A DNA stretch of 64,000 nucleotides, taken from positions 1,201-65,200 of the forward strand of contig CAVULT010000002.1 of assembly GCA_963742235.1 (NCBI GenBank), read 5' to 3'. The notes under the pieces were generated by a model, which saw nothing but the letters and a program-made list of their open reading frames with translations, searched no databases and was not told the DNA's origin. Of the stretch, positions 40,265-49,515 are shown piece after piece. This stretch comes from Candidatus Aminicenantes bacterium (lineage in GTDB: Bacteria; Acidobacteriota; Aminicenantia; Aminicenantales; Saccharicenantaceae). The position numbers and the translations under genes were made by a program. Within the stretch, counting starts at the first letter, position 1. Each line of letters begins with the position of its first letter.

Positions 40265-40960
40265 TCAAGCCGCGTAGATCTTCCCGTCGCGGAGCTCGAT
40301 CGTCCGCCGGGCCAGCGCGGCCAGCCGGAGGTTATGGGTGACGAGGATGACGGTCAGGCCTTCCCGGGCGTTGAGCTCCTGGAGGATCCAGCCGATCTCC
40401 TCGCTCCGGGCCGTGTCGAGGTTCCCGGTCGGCTCGTCGGCGAGAAGGATGTCGGGCTTGTTGACCAGGGCCCGGGCGATGGCCACCCGCTGCATCTCTC
40501 CGCCTGAGAGCTGGCCGGGCAGATGGTCGGCCCGCTTGTCGAGGCCGAGGGCCGCGAGCAGCCGGCCGACATCCTGTTCCGCGCCCGGCTTCTTGTAGAA
40601 GGTGAACGGAAGGATGACGTTCTCGAGGACGGTCAGCGTGGGGATGAGAAAGAACTTCTGGAAGATGTAGCCGAAGACGTCCCGGCGGATCAGGGTCAGT
40701 TTGGCCTCGGAGAGGCCCTTGCACTTCTCGAAGACGATCCGGCCCCCGAGCGCGAGCGTTCCCGAGGACGGATTGTCGAGGCAGCCGAGGACGTTGATCA
40801 GGGTCGTCTTGCCCGATCCCGAGGGCCCGACGATCGAGGTGAACGATCCCTTCGCGATCTCGAGGGAGACGTCGTCGACCGCGGCGATCTCCTCCGGGCC
40901 GCGGCGGTAGATCCTCTTCAGGTGCCCGGCCGCGATGGCCAGGACGTCCGGCGCGCTCAC
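40265..40960 (-). CDS. ABC transporter ATP-binding protein (LolD/MacB type)
   Basis: GPSGSGKT, LSGGEMQRVAIARAL, LADEPTGNLD, VTH. Confidence 0.95.
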   Translation of the reverse strand: MSAPDVLAIAAGHLKRIYRRGPEEIAAVDDVSLEIAKGSFTSIVGPSGSGKTTLINVLGCLDNPSSGTLALGGRIVFEKCKGLSEAKLTLIRRDVFGYIFQKFFLIPTLTVLENVILPFTFYKKPGAEQDVGRLLAALGLDKRADHLPGQLSGGEMQRVAIARALVNKPDILLADEPTGNLDTARSEEIGWILQELNAREGLTVILVTHNLRLAALARRTIELRDGKIYAA

Positions 40961-42153
40961 GACTCCCCCTCGCTGCGGATGGTATCGAGGGGCCGCATCC
41001 GGGCCGCCTTCCAGGACGGGTAGATCCCGCTGGCCAGCCCGATCGCGGTGACGACGCCGAGGGTCATCAGGACGAGGCCGAGGTCGATGGCGACGAGGCC
41101 GCCGCTCGGCGAGTACGGCAGAAGGCCGCGGACGAGGAGATCCGTCAGCCGGGCCGTGAGGAGCGCCAGCCCCGTCCCGATGAGGCCGCCGCTGATGCAG
41201 AGGAAGATCGTCTCGAGCCAGACGAGCTTGAAGACGTCGCCGGCCATGGCCCCCATGGACTTGAGGATGCCGATCTCCTGCCGCCTCTCCATGACCGACA
41301 TCAGGACCGTGTTGATGACGCCCATCATGGCGATGAGGATGGCGATGAGGGCGATCGAGAAGACCATGACCCGGGCCGTCGACACGAGGGTCATGATGGT
41401 CGTTTTGACCTGGCTCAGGCTGACGACCTGGACGTCAGGAAGCTTGTACATCTTGTCCTCGAAAGCCTTCAGGTCGGCGTCTTTTTTGACCTTGATGCCG
41501 ATCGAGGTCAGCTCCCGGACGCCGAAGACCTTCTGGACGGTCTTGAGGGGCAGGAAGATCGTCCCGTCGTCCTGCGTCCCGGTGCGCTCGAGGATGCCCA
41601 CGACCTTGACCTCGACCTCTTTCTCGGGGATGAGGTAGAGGTCGCCGACCTCGCGCTGTTCGAGCTCAGCCACCTCGTAGCCGAAGACGGCCTCGGCGGC
41701 TTCCGGCTCCTTGAACCAGCCGCCGGCCTTGAAGGGCAGGGCGCTCTTCGTCTTCGGGAACGAGACCGGGTCGACGCCGAGAAAGGCGGCCAGTCCGCCG
41801 GTCTGACCCTTGTTGGGGTCGAAGACGACCTGCATGAGCATGGGCGTCACGCCCTCGACCTCGGGCTCGGCGGCGACGGACGCGGCAATGTCCTCGGCCA
41901 TGTACTTGAGGCCCGTGCCGCCCTTGAGCATGAGCGTCGCCGCTTCGTAGGGACAGCCCTTGGCCACGACGAGCATCTGGAACCCCAGGTTGTCGATGTC
42001 CTTGTTGAGGGAGGCCTCGTAGCCGCGGTTGAAGCCGAAGAGACTCACCAGGACCCAGGCGGCCATGGCGATGCCCAGGATGGTCAGCAGGCTCCGCGTT
42101 TTTTTGCGCAGGAGGCTTTTCCAGGCGACTTCGAAAACGGTCAGCTTTTTCAT
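40957..42153 (-). CDS. ABC transporter permease (MacB/FtsX type)
   Basis: RSLLTILGI, periplasmic core, ERRQEIGILKSMGA, YPSWKAARMRP. Confidence 0.93.
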   Translation of the reverse strand: MKKLTVFEVAWKSLLRKKTRSLLTILGIAMAAWVLVSLFGFNRGYEASLNKDIDNLGFQMLVVAKGCPYEAATLMLKGGTGLKYMAEDIAASVAAEPEVEGVTPMLMQVVFDPNKGQTGGLAAFLGVDPVSFPKTKSALPFKAGGWFKEPEAAEAVFGYEVAELEQREVGDLYLIPEKEVEVKVVGILERTGTQDDGTIFLPLKTVQKVFGVRELTSIGIKVKKDADLKAFEDKMYKLPDVQVVSLSQVKTTIMTLVSTARVMVFSIALIAILIAMMGVINTVLMSVMERRQEIGILKSMGAMAGDVFKLVWLETIFLCISGGLIGTGLALLTARLTDLLVRGLLPYSPSGGLVAIDLGLVLMTLGVVTAIGLASGIYPSWKAARMRPLDTIRSEGES

Positions 42154-42159
42154 CGCGCG

Positions 42160-42807
42160 CTATCCTTTGAAGAACTTGAGATGGGCGTTGCCGAGGAGGA
42201 ACTCGTCGGCCAGAATGAGGTTCTTCTTGGTCGCCCTGAGGGTCTCCCGAAAGTCCTTTTCGGCGGCCGGGTCCGGGTTCTTGATCCGGCTGACGGGGCC
42301 CGGCGGCTCCTCCCGGCCCGAGACGACATCGTACTTGTAGAAGTCCTCCAGGCTGAGGCCGATGAACTGGCTGCCGAAGGCCGGATCGCGGAAGGCCTTG
42401 GCCGCTCTGGAGGTCAGCTTCTGGAAGTAAAAAGCCCTGATGACGCCCTTGAGGTCGAGGGCCAGGAAGACCTGGAGACCGCCGTAGGTCCCCTTCTGGT
42501 TGACGCCGTGGATGAAGCCGATGAGGTCCGGTCCCTTGTAGACTTGGTACATCGTATAGGGCACGTCGGCCGTTTCGAAGAGCCCGGTGAACCTGTCGCC
42601 CAGCCGGGCTTCGATCTTTTTCAAGAGGTCGTCGCCGCCCTTTTTCGAGATGGACACGTAGAGCGTCTTGTAACCGGTCGACCCCGGAAAGAGACGCTTG
42701 ACGTCCCGGTCGGGATCGTTGAGGTCGCAGCCGACGGCGGCATAAAGGGACAGGGCCGCCACGGAACAGACGAGCCCGGCCGCCGCCAGGATGAGCGCCT
42801 TCTTCAT
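42160..42807 (-). CDS. Exported FMN-binding (RnfG-like) domain protein lacking the [S/T]GA[S/T] motif
   Basis: Signal peptide; KGTYGGLQVFLALD..GVI and F..QFIG resemble FMN_bind; no TGAT/SGAT. Confidence 0.6.
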   Translation of the reverse strand: MKKALILAAAGLVCSVAALSLYAAVGCDLNDPDRDVKRLFPGSTGYKTLYVSISKKGGDDLLKKIEARLGDRFTGLFETADVPYTMYQVYKGPDLIGFIHGVNQKGTYGGLQVFLALDLKGVIRAFYFQKLTSRAAKAFRDPAFGSQFIGLSLEDFYKYDVVSGREEPPGPVSRIKNPDPAAEKDFRETLRATKKNLILADEFLLGNAHLKFFKG

Positions 42808-42884
42808 TTCTCACCTCCGTCGCCGGCCCGGGGCCGGGCGCCTTTTCCGCTGGGACACGCCCCGCAGGGACGTCTCCTGGATAC

Positions 42885-43877
42885 CTAGAGACGCTTGTAG
42901 TAATAGAGCTGGACGGCGAACCGGGCGTCGCGGCGCTCGCGGTCGTAGAGGACCATGAACCGGCCGGCCAGGTCCGCGTTCAGAAGATAGGTCAGCCCCG
43001 AAGCGAGCGAATAGGTCCAGGCCCCCATCCGTCGCATGAGGACGGGCTGCGCCTCGACCTTGAGCCGACCTTCTTCGAGCAGCGACAGCCCCGACCGCCA
43101 GAACAGCAGGAACATCCCCGCCTCGTCGCGCCGGCCGACGAGGATCTCGGCGCGGTTTTCGAGGTTCCGCCAGACGTGGGACGCGTCGACGCTGATCGCG
43201 GTCCAATCGAAGGGCTCGGGCTCGACCAGGGTGTAGCCCATGGTCTCCAGGATCCTCCCGCGGGACAGGGACAGGCCGAGGCTGTAATTGTCACGGGCCA
43301 GGACGCCCTCGAAAACGCGGGCCGCGGCCAGGAAATTGCCCTTCAGATAGAGCGGCATGCCGCTGCCCGCGGTCAGAGACGCGGCCAGGCCGCCCCAGCT
43401 GAAATCCTTGTCGAGGCCCAGGCCCCAATCCCTGTCGAAGCTGTACCCGAGCATGGCCGGGTCGGGCAGGATCAGGGCGTGATTGTCGAGCACGGACGAC
43501 AGCCCGAGGGCGGGGCGGTCGTGTCCGACCCAGATATTGGCGAAGCTCGGCTTGAGGCGGAGATAGGCGTTGTAGAGCTGGGGTTGGAGCTTGTGCTCGC
43601 CTTCCTGGTCGTAAACGAGCCGGGCCTGGACGGCCAGAACGCCGATGTCCCTCGTCCGGGCGCTCAAGCGCCGGACGAAGTCAAAGCCGACGCCCGGCTT
43701 CTGCATGGTGTCCCCGGCCGTGAGCGAGAAGAGCTCGAAGCGGTCCGATGCGCTCGAATACGCGCCGACCGCCTGGAGCTCGAGGTAGAAAAGCGAGCTC
43801 TGGGCCCGGAGGCCGCCGGCGAGGGCTCCGCAGAGCAGGGCCCCCGCGGCGATCCGCCGCGCGACGGCGTCAGACAT
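42885..43877 (-). CDS. Putative outer-membrane beta-barrel protein
   Basis: Signal peptide, alternating strands, LYNAYL..K...IWVGH.RPALG, aromatic C-terminal strand VQLYYYKRL. Confidence 0.65.
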   Translation of the reverse strand: MSDAVARRIAAGALLCGALAGGLRAQSSLFYLELQAVGAYSSASDRFELFSLTAGDTMQKPGVGFDFVRRLSARTRDIGVLAVQARLVYDQEGEHKLQPQLYNAYLRLKPSFANIWVGHDRPALGLSSVLDNHALILPDPAMLGYSFDRDWGLGLDKDFSWGGLAASLTAGSGMPLYLKGNFLAAARVFEGVLARDNYSLGLSLSRGRILETMGYTLVEPEPFDWTAISVDASHVWRNLENRAEILVGRRDEAGMFLLFWRSGLSLLEEGRLKVEAQPVLMRRMGAWTYSLASGLTYLLNADLAGRFMVLYDRERRDARFAVQLYYYKRL

Positions 43878-44346
43878 CGAAGCGGATGCGGCCGCGGAAG
43901 ATGACGATGCCGTTGCGGGAAAAAGTCAGCCGGACCTCCCATTCGCCGGGCATGACGACGTTGACCGGCATCAGGTAGTCGCCGGCCCTGTTGGTCTTGA
44001 AAGCGACCTCGCCGGAATCGTGGGCGCCGCGCATCGAGGGCATGTCGGACTGTCCGACTACGGCCAGGTCGGAAATGCGCTTCCCGTCTTTGTCGTGGAG
44101 CTTGATGACCAGGATCGAGGTCCCCATCTTGGGCGTTTTGTCGAACTCCCAGGTGAAATATTCGACCTCGCCGATCCAGCACTTCTTGCCGGACTTGGGC
44201 AGGTCCTGGAAGACGGGCTCCCCCTGCCCGCCGGGCGGAACGAGGCCGGGGGCGTTGCAGCAGGACCCGGCGGGCTGCGCGGCCAGGAAAGCCGACGCCG
44301 TCAGGACGATCAGGAACGCGGCCGCGGCTCGTCTTGCAGTCGTCAT
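43870..44346 (-). CDS. YtkA/FixH-like exported protein with CC and MPSM...H motifs
   Basis: Signal peptide; DMPSM, G.Y...V....PGEWEV.L typical of YtkA-like Ig folds; AGGAGG RBS. Confidence 0.72.
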   Translation of the reverse strand: MTTARRAAAAFLIVLTASAFLAAQPAGSCCNAPGLVPPGGQGEPVFQDLPKSGKKCWIGEVEYFTWEFDKTPKMGTSILVIKLHDKDGKRISDLAVVGQSDMPSMRGAHDSGEVAFKTNRAGDYLMPVNVVMPGEWEVRLTFSRNGIVIFRGRIRFDV

Positions 44347-44375
44347 GAAGCTGGCCTCCTTGACGTCAGGGAAAT

Positions 44376-44400
44376 AATTCCTATTGATTATATAGGATTT
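44376..44400. promoter_or_regulatory. 25-bp palindromic operator overlapping the -10 of the leftward operon
   Basis: AATTCCTAT-TGATTAT-ATAGGATTT; minus-strand TATAAT lies inside it. Confidence 0.6.
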
Positions 44401-44450
44401 CGTGCTACGCTTCCAGCCTGAGGGAACCGGGGTCGGTCCTGGCACGCATC

Positions 44451-45320
44451 ATGCAGGAGAAAGCCGCTCGGGCGAACCGGATGAGAGCGCGAACGGTCCA
44501 CAGACGGGCGATCCGGAGCGCCGCGGCGCTCGCCGCGGCCCTCGTCCTCGCATCCTGCGCCGCCGGTCCCATGAGAATGGCCGAGCGGCCGGGGCCCGAG
44601 AGGCCGTCGGAGAAACCCGGCGCCTGGGGGACCACGATCGCCGTCTACGACGCCGCGCTCTACGGGCCGGAGCGCCCGCTTTCGCAGATCGTCGTCGAGC
44701 GGCGCCTCCGCCTTGTCGACGGGAAGATCCGCCGCGCCAGGATCCTGGTCAACAAGGCCCAAAGGCGCCTCGAGCTCTGGGTCGGCCGGCACATGGTCAA
44801 GGCCTTCAGGGTCCAGCTGGGATGGCGCGCCCATGGCCCCAAGGAGCGCCTGGGGGACCAGAAGACGCCCGAGGGGAGATATTTCGTCTGCGCCCACAGG
44901 GCCTCGGCCTATTATCTCGGGCTGCTGCTGGCTTATCCGAACGCCGCCGACGCCCGCCGCGGGCTCGACTCCGGTCTCATCGGCCCCGCCCAATACGAGA
45001 CCATCCTCGAGAAGCTGGCCGCGGAAGCTTGTCCGCCCCAGGACACGAAGCTGGGCGGGGCGATCCTCCTCCACGGGCAGCTGCCCGAGCTGACCGCGGA
45101 GATGGTCCGGAAACACAGGGCCGATCCCGCGTCGTTGCGCCCCGGATGGAAGCCGGGGGACGCGGACCCGGCGGCCATGAAGGAATTCCAGGATTGGACC
45201 GACGGCTGCATCGCCCTGTTCAACCCGGACATCCGGGAGCTCTATGAATTCGTGGCCGACGGCGCCGAGGTCATCATCGTCGCCAACGCCCGCGTGACCA
45301 AACCTCGATCCCGGCGTTAG
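44451..45320 (+). CDS. L,D-transpeptidase (YkuD) family lipoprotein
   Basis: Lipobox LASC; GD.KTPEG.Y, YPN..D, LGG.I.LHG, WTDGCIA. Confidence 0.9.
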   Translation: MQEKAARANRMRARTVHRRAIRSAAALAAALVLASCAAGPMRMAERPGPERPSEKPGAWGTTIAVYDAALYGPERPLSQIVVERRLRLVDGKIRRARILVNKAQRRLELWVGRHMVKAFRVQLGWRAHGPKERLGDQKTPEGRYFVCAHRASAYYLGLLLAYPNAADARRGLDSGLIGPAQYETILEKLAAEACPPQDTKLGGAILLHGQLPELTAEMVRKHRADPASLRPGWKPGDADPAAMKEFQDWTDGCIALFNPDIRELYEFVADGAEVIIVANARVTKPRSRR

Positions 45321-45332
45321 CCTCCCGCCGCG

Positions 45333-46082
45333 TCAGCTCTTTCCATAGACGGGGATGACCGCGCCGGTCGTGACCGACGACGCGTCCGAGACGAGGAAGA
45401 GCAGGACCTCGGCGATCGCCTCGGGGTCGGCCCACTTGGAAGGATCGGCGCCGGAGATCGCGGTCCGGTTCTTCGGCGTGTCGATCGTCCCCGGCACGAT
45501 GCAATTCGCCGTGATGCCCGATTTTCGTGTCTCCTCGGCGATCGCCTGGGTCAGAGCGACGACACCGGCCTTGGAGACCGCGTAGGCTCCCGATTTCGCC
45601 CGGCCCTTGTTTTCGACGGCCGGGCGGGCGGCGACGCAGACGATGCGCCCGGCGCCGGCCTTGGCCATGGCCGGGAGCACGGCCCGGGAACAGAGAAAAG
45701 CCGATTTGAGGTTCGTCCGCATGAGGAAATCCCAGTCGTCCTCCCCCGTTTCCGCGATATCCGCCCCGCCCCGATAGGCGCCGACGAGATTCAGGAGCGC
45801 GTCGATGCGGCCGTGCCGGCCGAGGATCCGTTCGACCATCGCCCGGACTTCGGCATCGGACGTGACGTCGGCCTTGTAGCCCGTGAGGGAGTCCCCCGCC
45901 CCGCTTCCGACAACGTCAAAGAGCTCGCGGAATTTCGCCTCGTCCCTATGGACGGCGGCCACGACCGCCCCCGCTTCGAGGAGTCGTTTGATGACGACGC
46001 GGCCCAAGCCGCCCGTCGCTCCCGTGACCAGAACGACGCGGCCCACGAGAGACTTTCGGGCCTCAGGGGCGCTGACTGTCAT
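45333..46082 (-). CDS. SDR family oxidoreductase
   Basis: TGATGGLG, YAVSK, N.I.PG.IDT. Confidence 0.93.
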   Translation of the reverse strand: MTVSAPEARKSLVGRVVLVTGATGGLGRVVIKRLLEAGAVVAAVHRDEAKFRELFDVVGSGAGDSLTGYKADVTSDAEVRAMVERILGRHGRIDALLNLVGAYRGGADIAETGEDDWDFLMRTNLKSAFLCSRAVLPAMAKAGAGRIVCVAARPAVENKGRAKSGAYAVSKAGVVALTQAIAEETRKSGITANCIVPGTIDTPKNRTAISGADPSKWADPEAIAEVLLFLVSDASSVTTGAVIPVYGKS

Positions 46083-46259
46083 CCGTTATCCTTACAACCG
46101 ACCGTCAGCGTTCGGAAAAGGACTTTCGCTTGAGGAAAGCGTGTCCCCCTCTCTTGGGATTGGATCCGATAGGGGCGATGTTGGCCTTGATCGGTCTCCG
46201 CGCGGGGATCGCCTTCGGTGGGCGTTTCCGGCTCTCGGGAATGGATTTCATCTGACCGG

Positions 46260-46754
46260 CTACTTCTCGTTCCTGAGGACCTGGTCGAGGACGTCCCGGG
46301 CCACGAACCACGTCCAGTGGAGCTTTTCGAGGGTCTTGCGGTCCATCGCGAACTGCGAGAACGGCTTCCACGCGGAGGGCTCATCCGGGTTATTGGTGAC
46401 GATCTCGAACTGCACGCGGTCGAGGTTCTTGTACTTCTTGTACAACGCCTGGAGCTTCGGCGCGATCTCGGAGGCGAAATCGGTCTCATAGTTGTCCTGG
46501 TCCACGTCGTAATAGTGGTAGGCGATGATGATCCCGCCGTCATTCCCCTGGCTGAAATCCGAAATGCCCGAAGAGTCGTCCCTCGGGGTCCCGAGCACGT
46601 TGCGCATCTCCGGAAGCGTCAATTCGTCGATGACTTTTGTCTTCGCGGACTGGGCCGGCTTTGGGGCCTGGGCGGCCAGGACAGGGACCAGGACCAGGCA
46701 CAGGATCAGGATCGAACCGAGGAAACGGGGCGCCGAAGAGCTTCTCGAAGTCAT
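46260..46754 (-). CDS. Secreted hypothetical protein
   Basis: Signal peptide (VLA-A), AGGAG RBS, typical codon bias. Confidence 0.7.
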   Translation of the reverse strand: MTSRSSSAPRFLGSILILCLVLVPVLAAQAPKPAQSAKTKVIDELTLPEMRNVLGTPRDDSSGISDFSQGNDGGIIIAYHYYDVDQDNYETDFASEIAPKLQALYKKYKNLDRVQFEIVTNNPDEPSAWKPFSQFAMDRKTLEKLHWTWFVARDVLDQVLRNEK

Positions 46755-46947
46755 TGGCGATCTCCTTTCAGGCATTCCATAAGCCTTCGCCTTCTTGGAA
46801 TTATACAAGAATTGTGCCAAGAAAGAGAAGCCCGGATCAGACGGGGAGCGGGGATCGCCCCTGTGACTGACGAGCCCGAGGCGTCCGAAATGCCGTGGGG
46901 CAAGAAAAAAGTCCTGAGGAAAGGGAATGCCCTTTTCGGCCCGCGGC

Positions 46948-47322
46948 CTATTTCATCTCTTCCCAGAGCCCGAAAACGTTGCCTTCGGTGTCTTTGACCC
47001 GGGCATACCAGCCCCAGTCCCCGTAGGCCTCTTTTTCGAGGATGACCTTGCCGCCGGCCTGCTTCACCGCAGCCAGGGCGCGGGCGACCGAGGGCACGAG
47101 GACGACCACCATGGGCTTTTCATTCTTCGACTCGCGCCGGTACATCTCCCCGTTGATCGCGCCCTTCTCCTTCGGCACCCAGTTCTTGTCCTCGGGCACC
47201 GTGATCACCCCGTAGGATCCGTTCCAGGGATTGATCTGCCAGCCGAAGGCCTTCTTATAAAAGGCCGAGGCCCGCTTCACGTTGGTCACGGGAAGCTCGA
47301 ACATGATAACCTTGTTCATCAT
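46948..47322 (-). CDS. VOC/glyoxalase family protein
   Basis: FELPV...RA..FY...FGW, GAING, DTEGNVFGLW. Confidence 0.9.
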   Translation of the reverse strand: MMNKVIMFELPVTNVKRASAFYKKAFGWQINPWNGSYGVITVPEDKNWVPKEKGAINGEMYRRESKNEKPMVVVLVPSVARALAAVKQAGGKVILEKEAYGDWGWYARVKDTEGNVFGLWEEMK

Positions 47323-47434
47323 CGACCGCTCTCCTTTCAGAGAAATCCTCCGGAAGGAGATGCAAGCCTCATGCCAAGGCGGGCTTGCCCAGGGGGGCAG
47401 GGATTCACGGCCGGCCCCTTCGACCGCGCTCCAT

Positions 47435-47710
47435 TCAGCCGCCGATCACGACCGTCCAGGGCCGCACCGTCCAGTCCCTGATCAGTCCGGCCTTGACGTA
47501 CGGATCGTTGCGGGCAAACTCCTCGGCGACGGCGGGCGTAACGCCCCGGAATATGAGCATGGCCGCATCAGGGGGATCGCCGACGGCCCCGCCCATGAAG
47601 AGCTCGCCGCGGGCGTGGGCGGCGCCTGAATAGTCCAGGTGTTCAGAGCGAAAGGGCGCCCGTTTCTCGACATAGCTTTCGACGGTGTGATAGATCAACA
47701 GGTAATACAT
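47435..47710 (-). CDS. YciI-like protein
   Basis: RAPFRSEHL, F..NDPYV..GLI..W.VRPW. Confidence 0.88.
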   Translation of the reverse strand: MYYLLIYHTVESYVEKRAPFRSEHLDYSGAAHARGELFMGGAVGDPPDAAMLIFRGVTPAVAEEFARNDPYVKAGLIRDWTVRPWTVVIGG

Positions 47711-47826
47711 CGTTCGGACCTCTCCTCGTCCGGTCCCTTCCGGTCTTCCCGGAGCCGCGTTATTCATAGCTCAGCCGTTCAGCGTTTTCAAGCATTCCAG
47801 GTCAAGTGAGGGGAACCCCGGCCGCT

Positions 47827-48603
47827 CTACCGGGACAGGCCGAGAACATAGAGGACGCCCATGATGATAGGCTGGTGGGCGATATAGATAACGAGGGAAT
47901 GGCGCCCGGCCCAATTGACGAACGTCCGCGGCGGGCGCCAGGGCAGGAGACTCCTCTTCGCGGCGTAGAGCGCCTTGCCCAGGCCCGCGCCGATGAGGAA
48001 GACCCCGAGCCACGGGATGAGCGGGAAATAATCGAACGAGGAGAACGAAGGACTGGTGAGCCCGAACGGCAGCAGCCAGTCGGTCCGGAGCGCCGGCATC
48101 CTTTTCAGGATGGGCAGCACGGCCGCCAGGCCGAGAACGAGCGTGCCCCAGACGGTGCAGGCGACCGCGCCGGCCTTCTCGAAGGCCGCGCCATAGAGGA
48201 GCATCGCGACGGCCAGGCACTGAAGGATCCCAAAATAGATGGCCGAAGTGGAATCGAAGACGTAGGTCACGGCGGTCACGAGCAGCGAAACCGCCAGGAG
48301 CCGCAGGCCGCGGCGGACGTTGCTGCGCGTCAGGGTCGAGCTCGTCCCCGACAGGAGGACGAAGAGGCCGGCGAAGAAGTGCTGGGCGATCGTCCAGGCC
48401 ACGCTCGACAGGTCGGTCGAGAAGCCGAGGAACCGCTCGGTCCCGACGAACTCGCCGAGGTCGAAGAGCAGGTGGTAGCCGACGACGAGGATGATGGCCA
48501 CACCGCGCAGGAAATCGATCTCCCAGATGCGCTGACGCGGCAAGGCGGGAGAGTTTTCCCCCGCGCCTTTCGTTTCTGTCGGAGTCATCGGCTTCTCGCG
48601 CAT
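47827..48603 (-). CDS. DUF1624 / HGSNAT-like membrane protein
   Basis: IDFLRGVAI, FGILQC, DYFPLIPW, GRHSLVIY..HQP. Confidence 0.88.
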   Translation of the reverse strand: MREKPMTPTETKGAGENSPALPRQRIWEIDFLRGVAIILVVGYHLLFDLGEFVGTERFLGFSTDLSSVAWTIAQHFFAGLFVLLSGTSSTLTRSNVRRGLRLLAVSLLVTAVTYVFDSTSAIYFGILQCLAVAMLLYGAAFEKAGAVACTVWGTLVLGLAAVLPILKRMPALRTDWLLPFGLTSPSFSSFDYFPLIPWLGVFLIGAGLGKALYAAKRSLLPWRPPRTFVNWAGRHSLVIYIAHQPIIMGVLYVLGLSR

Positions 48604-48729
48604 CCCTTCGTTGTGAAAGAGGATAGCCCCGGGGCGGAAACGCTGTCAAGCAAGAACATGCCCCGATCCGACCGCTCGTCGATGACGGGACTGGCCGGAC
48701 GCCGGATCTTCCGCGGATCCGTCCAAGGC

Positions 48730-49515
48730 TCAGGACGAGGCGCCGGAATAGTGCCGGAGGCCGGTCCGCCAGAAGAGCCGCGAGGCCGTGAAGAGCAGGG
48801 CGGCGAAGCCGGAGGCCCCGAGGAGGGCCGGCCACGTCAGGCGCCCGGCCAGCGCTTGGGCCGGGACGGTGATGGCAAAGGCCACCGGAACGAGGAAGGT
48901 CAGGGCGAAGCGCAGCCAGCCGGGGTAGATGCTCACCGGCCAGCGGCCGGCCTCGTAGACGCTCTGGAAGATGACCAGGATATTCTCGACCCGGACCAGC
49001 CAGAACGCGGTCGTCGCCAGGATCAGCCAGAAGCTGTAGACGATGACGCACCCGGCGGCGAGGGCGGCGACGAACGCGGCCGCCTGAGCGACGCCGACCC
49101 TTTGGCCGAGACGCGCCAGAGCGATGCCCAGCACGACCAAGCCCAGCCCGACGTCGATGAGCTTCCAGATCTCGACTCTCCAGACGCTGACCAGAAGCTG
49201 GGCGTCCTCCGGTTTGGCCAGGGTGAAGTCCAGCGTCCCGTCGCGCACGGATTCCGTCAGCTGCTCCATGCCGGGCTGGATGACCAGGCCGATCACGCCG
49301 CCGACGAGAAAATAGACCCCGACGAGGGCCACGAGCTCGTCCGACCGCCAGCCGCCGAGCGTCGCGGTATGAGCGAAGATGAGGGCCAGCCCCGCGAGCG
49401 CCGTTCCGAGCTCGAGGGCCGAGTCGATGAGGTGGGCCAGGAAGTTGGCCGGATAGGCCGCCTCCCCCATGACGCCGACGCGCAGGAACACGCCCAGGAG
49501 CCGTAACAGTCTCAT
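48730..49515 (-). CDS. ABC-2 family permease (DUF990 type)
   Basis: VRDGTLDF.L.KP, WP..IYP, P.AF....PA, Y.GASS C-terminus. Confidence 0.88.
   Translation of the reverse strand: MRLLRLLGVFLRVGVMGEAAYPANFLAHLIDSALELGTALAGLALIFAHTATLGGWRSDELVALVGVYFLVGGVIGLVIQPGMEQLTESVRDGTLDFTLAKPEDAQLLVSVWRVEIWKLIDVGLGLVVLGIALARLGQRVGVAQAAAFVAALAAGCVIVYSFWLILATTAFWLVRVENILVIFQSVYEAGRWPVSIYPGWLRFALTFLVPVAFAITVPAQALAGRLTWPALLGASGFAALLFTASRLFWRTGLRHYSGASS

Noticed and set aside
46170-46240. Glycine riboswitch-like words (GAGAG...CACCGAAGG on the minus strand) upstream of the SDR gene
   Set aside because: The complementary CTCTCAGG segment and P1 closure are missing, and the downstream gene is not glycine-related
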